A DNA stretch of 63,992 nt, filler included, from Cladosporium halotolerans (lineage: Eukaryota): the NCBI RefSeq assembly GCF_011745625.1. It is 5 parts of 5 records of this genome, joined end to end, with 100 filler letters (N's around TTAATTAATTAA, not from the genome) between each part and the next. Parts side by side here need not be neighbours in the genome. Positions count along the whole stretch, not along the records: positions 1 to 14,481 come from NW_027191564.1; positions 14,582 to 28,433 come from NW_027191565.1; 3 more parts are not named here. The stretch is one strand, 5' to 3'. Every line of letters begins with the position of its first letter. Position 1 is the first letter of the stretch. Positions 9,420 through 23,153 of this stretch are shown piece by piece. The position numbers and the translations under genes are program-made. The notes under the pieces are model-generated. The model was given only the letters and a program-made list of their open reading frames with translations. It was not told the origin of the DNA and did no database searches.

Positions 9420-10866
9420 ATGGACAACGACTTCCCACACTTCCCCGACGGCGACGTCTTGATCCTCATCACCAGTTCTCGCCGCTACAAGTTGCACTCC
9501 TCCATCCTGCGCCGCTCGAGTCCCACTTTCGCCGCCCTGCTCGACGAGCAGACCGCCACCGTTCTGTCGAAGAACGCTCGCAAGAAGGGCGTGACGACCA
9601 GGTTCCGCCTGCACCTGGTGGACTACGAGAACGCCGGCTACCGCGAGGGAGGCGTCGAGGCGCCGACGCATGTCCTGCGCCGCATTCCGCTCGACGAGAA
9701 CGGAAGTGCCGTTGGCGACTATCCGGATCTGCTGGGTGATGCGATCGAGAACGGGCGTGTTGTGCAACAGTTCGTACTGGTAAGTTGGCAAGAGCGACCG
9801 GGCTCAGGTGTGTTGAGCAAGACTGACAGTATTCAGGCATGGGAGCAGGTCCTTGGAGCCTTGTATAACCGCACCATCGACATCGGCGATAACGAGCGCG
9901 ACGGCATCGACTACATTCTCGAGTCTGCCGGCACCATCCTCACAGCTGCAGAGTGTCTCAACAGCGTAAGCAAATCACACCATCTCCCTCTATGACAACA
10001 ACGAGAAAGCTAACATCCCATCTCAGCCAACGATCGTCACCCGCCCCATCGAAGCGTCTCTTCTCTCCCTCAGCCAGGTCCTCCACCGCAGCATCGCCTC
10101 GAACCCCACTCCGTGGCTCGACTTCTCCTTCCGCCTGCGCAGCAAGACCCTCTGGAAAGAGTCCCTGATCCACGGTGCCGGCCGCTTCAACAGCCCGCAA
10201 ATCCAATCCGCCCTCGCCTCTCACGACCTCCACCCATCCATCGTCGAAGTCCTTACCAAGAAAGCCCAACTCCTCAAAACCCTCTCCCAGCGCACCCAGT
10301 CCAACCTCCTGAGCTACTACCCGGAAGCCCTACAGCGCACGAAAACCGTCGGCCGCGCCGACCGCGACAGCATCGGGCGCGCCAGCTACGCCAACGACAT
10401 CATGCAATGGGTAGCGCTGTCGGTGTGGCGGCACTGGCTCGCGCAGCAAGTCAGCGCGGACAACACGCACCACGCGGCGGACATGGGCTTCGAGTTCTTC
10501 CGGCTGATCTCGCGGGCGGGCGAAGCGTACCTGGACCGCAACCAGCTGCGGCAGTTCCACGACTACTTCCCCATGAGCCTGAAGGGCGAGAGCGTGGTGG
10601 AGAACCGGGTCAGCGAGCTGAAAGCCGAGGGGCAGGGCATGGTGCGCAAGGTGCTGGAGAACCACTCTTACCTGGACGTCGAGAAGTTCCCGGCCGGGCA
10701 CATGACTTGCACTTGGGTTGGTCCGGAGGACTATCCGTGGGAGACGCAGTCGGGTGCTGGAGCTGCGGGGGATGGGAGATCTGCTAGAGGGACGGCCGAG
10801 CCGTCGGAGTTTGGAGGCAGCTGGGGTGGCGAGGAAGCGCAGTCGGTTCTGGGGTCACAGGCCTAG
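9420..10866 (+). CDS. BTB/POZ-like domain protein, 3 exons (introns 9780-9836 and 9966-10026)
   Basis: N-terminal FPDGDVLILI..YKLHSSILRRSSPTF is BTB-like. GTAAG..CTGAC/CTAAC..CAG introns join the frames of ORFs 9249-9995 and 10402-10866. Confidence 0.8.
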
Positions 10867-11098
10867 GTCGGTTCGGGGGTTGAGTGCCTGCATGGAGAGT
10901 GATGCTTGGGCGCCTTGAGGGTGCTGACTTTCTATCAAGGGTGATAACTAGGATTACGATTGTTCTATTGCAGGTTGCGAATGGGCGTTTCTGTTTGCGC
11001 AGATTGAGGACGTCGATCAAGGATAGTTGTCAATCAGATGGGTCCACCAACGACATAATCAGCTTCCTCTCACAAAACTCGAATAAGGTCGCGATCAA

Positions 11099-14000
11099 TC
11101 AACACCTAGAGGAGAAGCCACCCGCGCTCTTAACAGCCTTGGCCACACAGTGATCAGATATCGTCCAAGGGAGAGTCCCGCTCGCTCGCCATTCTGTACC
11201 ATCGTCTCGTGGGGCGCTGAAGTATGCGAACTTGAAAGCGGTGACGGCCCCGCATCCCCTCATTTGCTTCTCGATGGAAGCCTTTGTGTCCCCCTGAAAG
11301 AAGCCGCCACCCTCGACATTCCATTCGTAGTGTTAGATACTAGACGCGGTTTTGCACCTACCCTGAGGTCGCTCAGGTGGAGGCGGTCTTTCTCGAGTTG
11401 GGCTAATCTTGTATTTTATGCCGCTATGATCGGTGATGCTGCCTCCGTGCTTCCAATTCATTGGATTTTGGTCGACAGGTAGACTGCATCCGTAACTGCA
11501 AAGATGTAGATACTGGTCAACGACATTGCGTATAGACTCAAAGGTCATGGTCTTGGACTTACTTGATGACGGCCATGTAGTACCTACACTCATCTTCGGA
11601 TATCTGGTAGTCTCGCGGTCCTCGAGGCCACTGTGTGACGATTTCGACGCGATCGGGTCGGTCATCGTTGAACGTCGAAACGTCGAACCGGACTCTGCAA
11701 TTCCACCGGGCTGGGCAGCAAACTTTGTGCAATATTCGTCTATGTTTGATTGAAGCGTGGCTTGATCCACATAGAACCTGGAATCGGTATTATCGCATTG
11801 CTGGCCACTGGCCCGGCCACGATTCCAGATCCTTTTCATCACGAGTGGCTCGATTCTTATGGTGGCATTCGTAACTTGGCTCTCGTAAGCAATAGTACCA
11901 CCATGTTTGGCGTTGCTGTCCTTGTGATCCCTTGGTACATCGCAACCATCCGTTACGGTGGCAAGCCACGCTGCGCAGCTGTGCTCACCGATGTTGGCAT
12001 CAGCATCCCAGTTGACTGAGACATTCATGAATCTGGAGAATCGGCATGGAATATTCTGCTCGTCTTAGCGCCCACGGAACCCTTCAAATTACTCGGGTCT
12101 CTTCCAAGCGCAGAATAAGCGATAAATTTCAGGATGAGTCGGACTGTTTTGGGTCTTACCTGCACAAAATTCGCTCACAGCTGCGATCATTGCATTGCGG
12201 CTCGACCAGGTGTCACTGGACCTGGTACTACATGCAGCTCCACCAATCGTCGGAACATCATCGCTAGTGGCGTTTATGTCAATCGTAGGAAAGTCTTGGA
12301 ACCCTTATTCAAACTGGAATCAGCTTCATAGATCCGCAATGCCCGAAAAAGTTTACTTGGTGACAAAGACACCCACTACCGGGAGTATAATTCCTTGGAA
12401 GACGTGGCTGCAACTTACCAATCCGCTCAGCTTTGTCTGCAGCCATTTGATGCAAGATCAGATTAGCGATCAACGAATGGCCTCCTTGAGTAGGATGGAA
12501 GACCCTGCTGGTCTGATCCGACACAACCAACTTCTTCAAATCTATCCTGGAGACAGATATGCCGCTGGTCAGAAGAACTTGCGTGTCGTTTGCAACCACT
12601 GTCCCTGTCGAGAAGTTACCAGTAATGTTCCCAACCGGTGCACTCGCAAGTGACACCGCAGCAGAGCCCATCGAAGACGCGTTGTTGTTGCTAGAGACCA
12701 TCGACCCAAGAGTATACTTGCTCACTGATTTCGTACTCGAGTTGGAAGGACCATTAAGAGGTTCAGACGAGTTCCAGAAGCGATTCGCGCTTGATCTTGG
12801 CGATATTCGAATGCTGGAATGTTGACGAGCAAGCGGTGAGCGTTGACTGGCAGGAGGAGAGCGGGTTGGCAAGTCACAGATGCTCTTCTCGAATTCATCT
12901 TCAGCCTCGTCAACTTCCGCTTGAAGGTCGAGGTCGGCGTTGTCGTCTTCCAAAGCTGCGGATTCGCCACTGTATTCTTGCTCGTCCCGAAGTGTTTGTT
13001 GTATCATGGCACCATATAAAGCGTTGAGCGTGCCATTGTTTACCGGTAAATCATCAAGATCACCATCGCTTTGGCGGCGTTTTAGCTCATCATGGTCCCA
13101 TTCCTCGTCTTTCGTCGTCCACGGCGAATCCACTATCTTGATCTGGTAGAAGAACGAGTATGCCAAATTTGCGCCTTTTCCGGCGCTCTCGTCTTGCTTA
13201 GGCTGGCAGTAACGACCTCTGGACAGACCAACGTATTCGTCGTAGTCGATAAAATGGACCTGAGGGCCTGCCCTTTCCACCGCGGCTCTAAGCGCTTCGT
13301 TCATGGTATGGACTAAATCGTTCATCAAATTGCGGCGCCGTTGAGTGAGATACTCCCTAGTGAACAGATTTAGCCAGATGTGCCAACTGACTTTGTCGCA
13401 AGTTATATTAGTCGTGTCGAAGAGCTTTGCGTATCTGGTGTAATAACTGTTGATCGGTTAGCTAAATCGGAAACCCAGATATTCAATAACGTGCATTCGA
13501 CCGTGATCGCCTAGTTTCGACTTAGTGAGGCTTAGCAGGCCGTCTAGTCTAGAGCTGAAGTCGTTACTCTCAATTAGGGATCGAGATAACTCTAGAACCC
13601 TATCGCAATTTGGATACGAGAGACCGCCCCAAAAGCTATATACGTAGGCGTTCAAAATACCTACTAGGTCCGCATCGTTTCCTCCCTAAGCGAGGCCCGA
13701 TCAACGACTAACAGAACGCAAAGGTCTTCAAGACTCACTATAGACATCAAAATGAATTCTTGACTAGAGGATAATTTCTTCGCTTACTCAGAGATCTGCT
13801 TGATAACGGCGCCACTACAAGTAGTATAGGTGAAATCGAAAACGTCTTTGTCCACTCCTAGCTAAGAGGCTACTAGGTTTACATATAAGCCATCGTATCG
13901 AGAGCAACCATAATTGTTTATTGCCTACTCCAATTCCTATAGTATAGCTATTACGTGTATCTCGGTCAGCTTTTGGTAGTGGTTGAAGCTTGTTTCTTTA

Positions 14001-14132
14001 GACCCACGAGTCACCGATTGCTACTCCCTTCGCGTAGAATAAAAGATTGAACGGATCGTCATTATTGGCAGTAAGGCTACAATGTGCCTATAATAATTTA
14101 AACAAGAGACAAAGGGAAATAATGTTAGCCAT
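11099..14132 (-). pseudogene. Secreted SGNH/GDSL hydrolase (SEST-like lipase) with Cys-rich C-terminal extension; RIP-damaged
   Basis: Signal-like start MANIISLCLLF, then IGDS, TCSGA, GGND and VFHPTQGGH motifs in order. Many TAG/TAA stops and frameshifts. Confidence 0.8.
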
Positions 14133-14385
14133 TTCGGCAAAGAAGTAGTTGCGTCGCTAAAGAAAATAGAAAGTGTTTAACTATTAGTTGCAGGTTGTGA
14201 ATAGGATCTCATAACGTACAAAAATGGCGCGGTTGCACCACATATTAGATCAATGATAATACTTGAGGACTTCCAATCCTCTAAGCTCATCACAGATTGT
14301 TAGTCGGGTATACGGCGTAACGCTAAAGGAATACGGCGTCGAAAGGTTCGTTAGGCGGCAACGCGGAGTCCTAGCGTATCGCCTA

Positions 14386-14481
14386 GAAGTCTTCCCCGCC
14401 GTGTGCACAGACCCACCGCGTGCTCACGCGACGCGTTTGTCAACAGACGGCTTTATCGTCGTGTATCTCCATCAATTGTTC
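14386..14481. mobile_element. Terminus of a pogo/Fot1-like DNA transposon running into the gap
   Basis: TA|GAAGTCTT..GTGCAC..CACGCG shares its start and motifs with the terminus at 52235, which adjoins a Fot1-type transposase tail. Confidence 0.45.
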
Positions 14482-14581
14482 NNNNNNNNNNNNNNNNNNN
14501 NNNNNNNNNNNNNNNNNNNNNNNNNTTAATTAATTAANNNNNNNNNNNNNNNNNNNNNNNNNNNNNNNNNNNNNNNNNNNN
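14482..14581. other. Artificial scaffold linker
   Basis: N44-TTAATTAATTAA-N44, with stops in all six frames. Confidence 0.97.
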
Positions 14582-15031
14582 GCGAAGAGCGAAAGCCGCG
14601 ACACCGGAGCGCATTCGCGCCTAGCCCTAGTCAGCGGGCCTGTAGGCTGATCCTGGAGAAAGACCAGCCTGGCGCTTATTCCTAAGCCACAGCCTTCATC
14701 AACGGTCCCTGGCGGGAAGGGTTTGGATCTATGACCTTCTTCTAACCGCAGCACATTCAGCGCACCTGCTTTCAACTCCACTTGGACTACATGTCGCCTT
14801 TCCGCGAGCTCAAAAGCTGGGGCGTCAAACCATGACGGCGACAATTTGGACGAAGGAACAACTATCCACGCGATCGGTGCTCTGACACATGGTCAGGCCG
14901 GTTGGTAAATGACAGAAGAATAGTAAGAAATGGCTTATTCACCAAAATGGATGTGGACAATGGATACAAGGCGAAGATTAGAAAAGGTGTCCCGGCACAG
15001 GTGGATTCCCGGCACAGGTGGATGGACGTTA
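14582..15031. mobile_element. End of a Pot2/Fot1-like (pogo) transposon with TIR
   Basis: Tandem CCCGGCACAGGTGGAT x2 followed by GGACGT|TA, i.e. an ACGT terminus plus TA target site. Confidence 0.65.
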
Positions 15032-15079
15032 AGCCTCTCCGTACGCTCAAGATAGTCTGAGATGTATCCAAGATGAAAG

Positions 15080-17565
15080 CGGATTGGGCAATGAACAAGC
15101 ACTGAACTGTTCGTTCAGTTCGTTCGGAACCTGTTAAATAAACGAGTAGATGCTTGGGATATGTACTGTAATCGAACGATCATACTGCTGTTCGTTCAGG
15201 CTACTTAGGGTGTCCATTGTGTCGTCAAGATTATCCCAACCCTGAACCCCATCTTCGACTCACGCGAGAGACTGCGCAACGGCTTGTGAGATCGCCCGGG
15301 AAGGAATGTTCGAGGAACGCAACCGCGTCGCGACTGCTCGTGCGTCTAACTAAATTACTCCATGACCCACAAAACGCAGCAGGAGCGCCCACTCAAATGA
15401 TCAAACGTCAGAGACGATCCCGGGAGGAGACATTCGATCGCGAAGGCTGGAAAAAGACCTACGTCAAATAACTCGTGTCTAGCAATCAGCCGCTGCGCCA
15501 GGCTTCTGGAGACAAACTCAAGGCCTTGATTTCATTAATGAAATCAAGGCCGTCTATAGTGGAGCCTCTGATACTGTACTATACCACAAAGTCACCATAC
15601 GCCGCGAGACTGGACTGCCGATGCTTTCATCGTCGTGAAGCTCATGGTCATTCTATCTCTTCAGATGGCAAGAAGCGCAATAGCTGTCAGCCTTGGCCAT
15701 TGGCTGGCAGGCAATGAGCTCGACCTGCTGGGAGTCGGAGCGTACTATCTAGACATGAAGCTTGAAGTCAAGACCGTTCTGCTCGCGCTGAAGCCGTCTT
15801 ACGGTCACGATGCACAAGACCTCCGGCACACGTTGCTCTCTGTACTTCGGGAGTAAAAAAATCATTGATAAATTCGAATATTTCATTGCAGACAATGCTG
15901 CGACCAACGATGCCGCCCTGCGCCTTCTGTCCCATACATTGACGTCAAGCCAGTCAGACAGAGGTTAATCTGTAGTGACCACGTGATCAACCTGATCATC
16001 GAGGCTGTACTATATGGTGCTGACAGCGAGTGCATGTTCGATGCCGCTCTCGAGGTCAGATCATGGAGGCGATAGCGGGCTGTTTGATATTTCAACGGTG
16101 TCGAAATTTGAATCAGCACTGCGCTCCAAAGTTCAAGCATCACGACTCGATGCCTGGCGAAGGAAGGGCCCGACCGGTAAGCTTTACAATCTCATTGTGC
16201 ACATCAAGAATGGTTTAGCAAGACGCCGCCTCTTCGGAGCCAAGCAAGGTGAGACAGATACGCGACTGCATCGGGTGATCGTCAATGGTAGGGTGCGGTG
16301 GAACTTCGCTTGTCAGATGGTTGAGCGTGCCTCCCAGGTCAGGGATGCGTTTATACCAAGAGCACTTCATGAGCAGCGGCATTGACCGCCTCGACGACCG
16401 CGACTGTTGGGGGCAGGGTCACTTAGACATGTTCCCAAATCGCGACCACCACGAATGCTAAAAGTTTGCCGACGACGCGGCGCAACGAGCAGCGAAGCAG
16501 TAGCCTAGAGAAGTGCGGTCAGCGTCGATGCCGTGCGTGAAGCAAGCCATGAAGGGAAGGCGGAAGTCACAGACGAAACCCAATAAACACATCGAAGACT
16601 CGAGGGTATTAACCGCTGCGCGATCATTACAGCTCATCTCAGGCCATGCCATCACAGGCGTTCACCTGATGAGAATTGGCAAAGCCCAAGAAGCACGTTG
16701 CTGGTGGTGCAGCAGTAGCAGGCAAACAGTCGCACACCTCATGTTAGAGTGTCGGAAGAGGCGAAGACAAAGAGACACGACGCTGGGTGTCTTGATTCCC
16801 GACAAGAAGATGGTCATCAGCGCAAGGCGAGACCATGCGGAGCTGAAGGTTCTGTTCCAAAAGAAGGGTATTGAACAGGCACTTCACCACGCCGGCGGAC
16901 CGCTTTGCGATAATCTTGCATCCATGCTTCAACTGACGTTGGGATGGAGCGTCATTGGGCGGCCAAGACATCGTGGCTCGAAAGCGCCGACGATACCATG
17001 AATAGAGCGTGTAAAGATGCAACGCGGCGGTGGCAAAATGAAGTGATCGTGTCGTCGCAAACGCAACAAGAGATGGATGCTTTGATGAATACAATCATGA
17101 CATTGATGACGATGCGGACAACGATGAGCTGGCCCGCTTCCTACGCGAGGAACGCACTCCGCAGGGGACTCGACCAATGGTCTGCTGGCGTGGAATCATC
17201 ACAGATTTCCACTTCTGCTGCATCTGGCTTTCGAAGTCCTCACAGCGCCCGCAAGCTCTGCCGCTAATGAGCAAATTTGCTCGATGGCTGGAGACGTTGT
17301 CAACGATGAACGGCCAATCACAATGGGTGGGGTTAGCAGAGGCTTATCAGGGATTACATCGCTGGTACTTGGAAGGCTTGCTGTGATCGACATGGCCTTT
17401 TTCACAAGTTTCAAGCGCCCTTAAGAACTGTGCACTGAACGAACGATGATACTTTGAGTAGACCCTACAGTATAGCACTGTAAACGGAAGAACAAAGCCG
17501 GTTCAGGAAGCCAGACAAGCGAGCACTTCGCCTGTTCGATGTTCATTCGTCCATTACCCACCCTG
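15080..17565 (+). mobile_element. Degenerate hAT transposon with fragmented transposase
   Basis: Fragments FIADNAATND, RLICSDHVINLIIEAVLYG, WRRKGPTGKLYNLI, RVRWN and C-terminal EAYQGLHRW. (GTTC/GAAC)n subterminal repeats at both ends. The right end reads CAGGGTGGGTAATGGAC on the minus strand. Confidence 0.8.
16513..16870 (+). mobile_element. Non-LTR retrotransposon 3' fragment nested in the hAT relic
   Basis: QLISGHA..HLMRIGK....CWWC....QTVAHLMLEC is the C-terminal CCHC motif of Tad1-like LINE ORF2. Confidence 0.7.
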
Positions 17566-18256
17566 GCTGTGGCTGTGGATTTACGTTACTGAAGTCCGCC
17601 CGCAAAGTGTGCGTCACTCGAGATACTATAAGATGTCCACTAGAGAGTTGCTTCCCATTTCCATTTGATGCTGTCTCCTCACGAGAAAAACTTCGAAGCC
17701 CGCCTTTGCCACTTTACAAGAGGTTTTTCGTCGAACTTCTCTGCAAGGCCCATGTGCTGCACGTAGTTTTCCACTCACACTATCGTCTTCCACGCTGACT
17801 GTCTGGACCTTGCAGCAGGTTCATCACGATCCGAGCTTGCAGTACTATAGCAGAGTTAACCAAAGCCTCTGTTTAGAAGCTCATGGGAATGCGTTACAGT
17901 AAAGTTGTCCCGTACTGTATCACAGGGACCTCACCAGGTGTTGAGAGATATTTTCAAGCCCCCTCTTCCTAGCAGTCGTCACCCCCTTGGTCCCCTTCTA
18001 CCTCAACAAACGTTGTCTTGCAATTGATACCCGACCTTTCACGACCCCTTACAATCTCGAGTATCATCATTCTTTCCAGAGGAAAGCGTATGCCTGGCTA
18101 TAAAGGTGTCGCCAGTCCGAAGTTTGCACTCTGCCACTCGTCTCTTCCACCTTCACAATAACAAAACCTTGATCATTAAACCCTCTACAAAACGAACAAA
18201 GTTCAATAATTCAGGCAATCACTCACGCCAAACCGGTGTCTACCAACAAGCTCAAG

Positions 18257-20653
18257 ATGGACGGACAAACTGCAACCACGACAACTGTAGCCGACGTCAG
18301 TGCGGCCCTCGAGCCGGCTCACTCAGCTGCACAGTCTTTCAGCTCCCAGGATGTACCCCAGGCACGAAACAATAAAGTCAGGGCAAGTTCAGAACTACCA
18401 GAACCGAACCATAATCTGGGCTCGATAGATGTCGATCAGAACTTGGAAGCCATCAGGTCATTTGCAGAACCGTCCACTAGGATCTTTGCTGGCCCATACT
18501 TGAATGTTGACGACATCGTTGATGCCTACTTTGATGCTCTAAAGATGATTATCCAGACACCAACTAGCGACGAAGATGCCCATTTCAGGACGGAAGCCTA
18601 TGCAAGTCAGTACTGCACGCTCTAGCTCGAGATGGCGACCATTTTGCTGACCTTGTACTGTTACCAGGAATCAACGCTGCAGTCCGTCGGTATCCGGACG
18701 CAATCTATGGACATCTGAAAGACATCTTGTTCAAATGGGCCCAAGAAGGCTACAAGGAGAAAGAGGAACCGAGTGTCGTCTTCAAGAAGCCGAATGGTGA
18801 AGAATATTACGAGCCATCGATGAAGCCAGACGCTCATGCCAATATGAGAAGCGTGCCGCAAGAACAAATTGTCCTTCCAGCCGACTTCTCGTGGTATGCA
18901 GAAACTTATGAAAGAAGAGCCAGCCCCCTACTCGAACGAGTCCTCCTCAATCCCCGCTCTTACAACGCTGAAGAAGGGAGTGCACTTGCAAGCATCAACC
19001 AGGAGATTGCCGAACATGTGCAACAAGAGCAGGAACGATTGCGTACAAGTGGGGCCCCGACGGTCAATGTGGACTTGAAGGTACCCGTCCAAAATCTTCT
19101 CATGTTCGTCATGATGTGCACGAAAGAAATGGTTTCTGCGGGTAAAGAAACCATCGGCGGTCTTGATGACAAATGGACAAGGGAATATAACCTCCTCAAG
19201 ACGAGGATGGAGCGGGCCCAGCAACCAGCCAGCTGGCATGTTTCTCTAAGTAAATGCATTGAGCGAAAAGCGAAGATGTGGGAAAAAGGGACCGACACAC
19301 AACGCTCCGAGGAGCTGTGGGACGCAAGCCTAGAAAACACGATATTCGGCAAAACTGCTCCCCTCGATCCAGAGTTGTTGCAAAGGCTTCAGCAAGCACA
19401 AGGAGACAGCCAGGGTTCGCGCCCCGACATAATGGATACCGATTCTGGTTCAGGCTCCGGCGCACAACTAGCGAGTCAAGAACCTCGTGCGGAGACTGTA
19501 CCTGATCGTGACACCTCCGCTGCACATACCGCGCCAAACCCCAGTGGAGCTGAGAATGAGCAGTCTGCTATCCCGGGAGATCCCTTTCAATCACCTGCTC
19601 CCTCCGCTAGAACCAGTAAGTTTGCAGATGCTGTCAAGGTAGGCATTGATCCAGGCTACGTGGATGATGAAGGCCAAAGGAGGAAGATTGAAGGGTACGC
19701 GAAGGCCGGACCTGGTAACTCACTCTTGATTCGTGTGAACGAGGAGGCAGAAAAACCGGCCAAATGCCACCTCACTGCAGCCGGTCCGTTTGGGCGTGGC
19801 ACGCTCACGGCGTACCAGGCATCCGCCAATGCGCGCCACATCAAAGGATGGACAGACTGGGAGGCACTCAAAACCAGAGAAATCACGGACCTGAACTGCA
19901 CTTTCATTGCAGTACAGCGCGATACGTGCAGTCGAGCAATAATCGGCGGGAGATTTGATGACGACGAAAGAGGTGTTGAACGCCATTATTACCGGACTCA
20001 ACTGAATCGTGCTTTCGGCAGCAGATGTGTGGACGGCTGGATCAGGAAAATCTGGTCTGATGCATACGTGAAGCGTGAGAGCGAGTTTTCTTCTCACCAA
20101 AATGATGAAACGTACGCTAACTTTCGCCAAGCGAAACCCTTAGAACGTCCGACAACGAGACCACGACGTAGCAATCGTTCCAGAAAAGGCGAGTCTGAGA
20201 ATGAAGGCGACGATATTGAGCACGAAAGCGATGGTCCGCTTGATCAGAACGACGGAATTTACGGAAACGACGACCCTTCCGCGTTTGTCGTACCAGACTC
20301 CATAGCTAGCTCATCGACTAGCAAGCCCAGAAAAGGTGATGAAAGCCAACGTGGAGGAGACTATTCCAATGCCGCCTTTGTGTTCCCCGACGGCAAAAGT
20401 GGACCATCACCACGTAAGTCATGCCGCTGTCCATTGACATGTTGGTAAAATCTAGCTTCAGCGTTCTGCGCACTAACAGCAATTTCCAGCAGCTACGAAC
20501 CAGCAGATGGAAGGCTTCAAGACGACAATAATGGAACATGTCGACAAACGGATCGAGCAGCAAATCAAAGGGTTCGACGGCGGAGTGCAAGCCCGCTTCA
20601 ACGATATGGAGATGATAATGACTACCATGATGGCGAAGCTAGGGGCAACTTGA
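18257..20653 (+). CDS. Uncharacterised protein (about 750 aa), 3 exons (introns 18606-18667 and 20414-20489), C-terminal coiled coil
   Basis: GT..CTGAC/CTAAC..CAG introns join ORFs 18236-18625, 18727-20448 and a last exon ending MMAKLGAT*, all in frame. TATAAA at about 18099. Confidence 0.75.
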
Positions 20654-22054
20654 TTGCAACGGTCTGTGCTAGGTGACTCATTAATGATACGTCACTCAAT
20701 TGCTTATTTGCACGAACCATGGAAAGCGATCTAATTTTATACAGTATCCCCGTGCAGAACAATTGAACACAGTGGGAGCAAAAAAATTTGTACGTTACAG
20801 TAGTCAAGTTTCATTCGGCTTCAGTTGGATTGATCTATCTCGCGTTCTGTTTGACGGCGATATTTGAGGTGTTTCCTGGTCTATTCTTTGGATATACTAT
20901 AATTTATCAATAGACTAGAACTGTATGCATAAGTCATGCCTCTATTCCTTGCATTGGCTCCTTTGTGCTGTGAGTCTGATGTAACCTAAGTCTATCTGTT
21001 GTTCGTTTTCAGTCACCGTGATGAGTTCTAACGTTAGGCTATGATGTCTCGTGCTTCGTTCTGTAGGCAAGCGTAAATTTAGAGAAACCAAGTGAGAAGA
21101 CGAGCTGGCTGCAACACGGGTTTCGCGTATAAAAGTCGATCCCACGACATTGCTCGTAGAACGTTAAGTCAAATTTACAGTCAGTCGAGCTCGATTATGC
21201 TGCAAGACAGAACAATTAATGGCGATCGTGGAGCGTTGCATTGGCACATAAGTTAACCTTTAGAGTTAGCCGCATAACGCCCGCTGAAGAGCATGACTTG
21301 AGCTTTCCTCCGTACTTGACTGTTCACCAGGGCATATTGCACTCCTATGCTCTTCGACCCAACTTACACATAAAACGGCTCCTGAAAGCAGGACAGGGAC
21401 TTGGCAAAGCATCCAGTAAGCACTTGGCAAGAGCTGGCTAGACGAGAGTCATTCTCATTCTGGCCTGAAAGAAGGTATGATTCCAGGGCTCTTGAAGACG
21501 ACAAGCCGCTGCATCCATCTATATTACTCTGGAGTCCACGACTGATTGAAACTATGGCTCACTGTGCGTTAGATCATATCCGAACGTGTAAGGGACAACT
21601 CGACATTCTATAATTTGGAACAGTCAGCCAGCTACTCAGAAACCAGATGAATATAGTGAGCGCGCTGTGATGGAGTTGTGGAAGTGGCAAGATGCTTTCC
21701 AGGGCCCGCCATATCTTGAAATATAGTATAGCCAACGAATACAGTACCGGTGAAGAAGGGGCCTCACGGCATAGTACCAGAATGGCAAGTATCACCAGAG
21801 ATGGTGGTCTGTGGTTCCGAAGACATCTCGACCCCTTTTCGTCCCCCTAAGCCTTTCGAATCTCCATTTACGCCACTACCCTACCCCCTTCGAAGTTTCT
21901 CGTCTTCATATATAGACTTCACTTTCCACTCAGCCATTTTTCACACCGAACCATATTTCTCCAAAAGAGGGCGTCCCAGCCTTCCAATCGTGCGAGAAGT
22001 CGTCTTACCAAGGCTGCGTCGCACTTTTACTCACTACAATTCCACTAATATACA

Positions 22055-22795
22055 ATGCCGAACGGAGAAAAGTGGCGATCATACCTCGCCAACTTCAAAG
22101 ACCCATTTTACGTCGAGAATTATCTCGAGGATTCCATAAATGGCACCGCTGGCAGAGTTTACTTCGAAGGCCTGATGGAGGACACAGATATGTCTTGTCC
22201 TCCGACACACAAGTGGTACAAGCTCCATCTGATCGCGGTTACGAAAGAAAGGATCCAAAGGGTGCAAGACATGTGGCCTACAGATGTCAGCGCTTGGGGC
22301 CTAAACATCTGGGAGTCTGATCTGATTCAAATGGAGCGGAGATTGATGCAGAAGCTCGCTTGTATACGTTACAGAACACCGCAGGGCGAAGGACCAATTC
22401 GCGCAGGAGAAGAGCAATCAGCGATCTACTTTTCTGCTTACTCACTCATCGAGGATGCCTACGAACGTATGCGTCCCAGATTTCAGCTATCTTCGGACTT
22501 TCTTGGAGTTGACCCTGAATGGCGCATGACAGCAATGTATCGAATCGTTATGAATTGTTGGAGAAATGCTCTCTTGGCGTTGAACTGTGGTTATTACGAC
22601 AAGACAGATGGCAGATCTACCGAAAAAGGGGATGCCAACTGGCAAGAGTTGTTGGCCCACGCAGCCAAAAACGATCGCAGGTATGGACTCGATACTGAGA
22701 CATTGTCGCACAAGCGGGCAATGCAGGATCACAACAACGAAGGTCCTTTTAAACGAACCAAGACGACGCCAGATATCGCATCGACGAACAAGTGA
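22055..22795 (+). CDS. Uncharacterised 246-aa protein
   Basis: Intact ATG-started ORF with globular-protein composition and an upstream TATA-like box (about 21910). No family recognised. Confidence 0.6.
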   Translation: MPNGEKWRSYLANFKDPFYVENYLEDSINGTAGRVYFEGLMEDTDMSCPPTHKWYKLHLIAVTKERIQRVQDMWPTDVSAWGLNIWESDLIQMERRLMQKLACIRYRTPQGEGPIRAGEEQSAIYFSAYSLIEDAYERMRPRFQLSSDFLGVDPEWRMTAMYRIVMNCWRNALLALNCGYYDKTDGRSTEKGDANWQELLAHAAKNDRRYGLDTETLSHKRAMQDHNNEGPFKRTKTTPDIASTNK

Positions 22796-23153
22796 AGAGC
22801 ATAAGTTGGCAGTGGAGACATACCCGTGGCCGAACGACAAGAATTGGAATAATTTAGTAGAAGAGAGATGGAACCGCCAAGGGACACTCCTCCGAGGGGT
22901 GAAGACTTTGCAGGTATGATGTAAATTAGGTAGGAACGTTTGCTCACGATCGTATACTCCTTTGGCGTTGAACATGTAGATATCTAGCACCCGTCATACT
23001 ATACACAGTACGAATTTTAACGTTACTGGAAATTCACGCCGCAATTCTCCCAACTTGTCACCCTGCCACAAAAGATCGTTCGTCTCCGCAATGAGACTGC
23101 ATGATTCCCCTGTACCTTTATACCCTTGAAGCTTCCCATCACATTTTGTTTCT

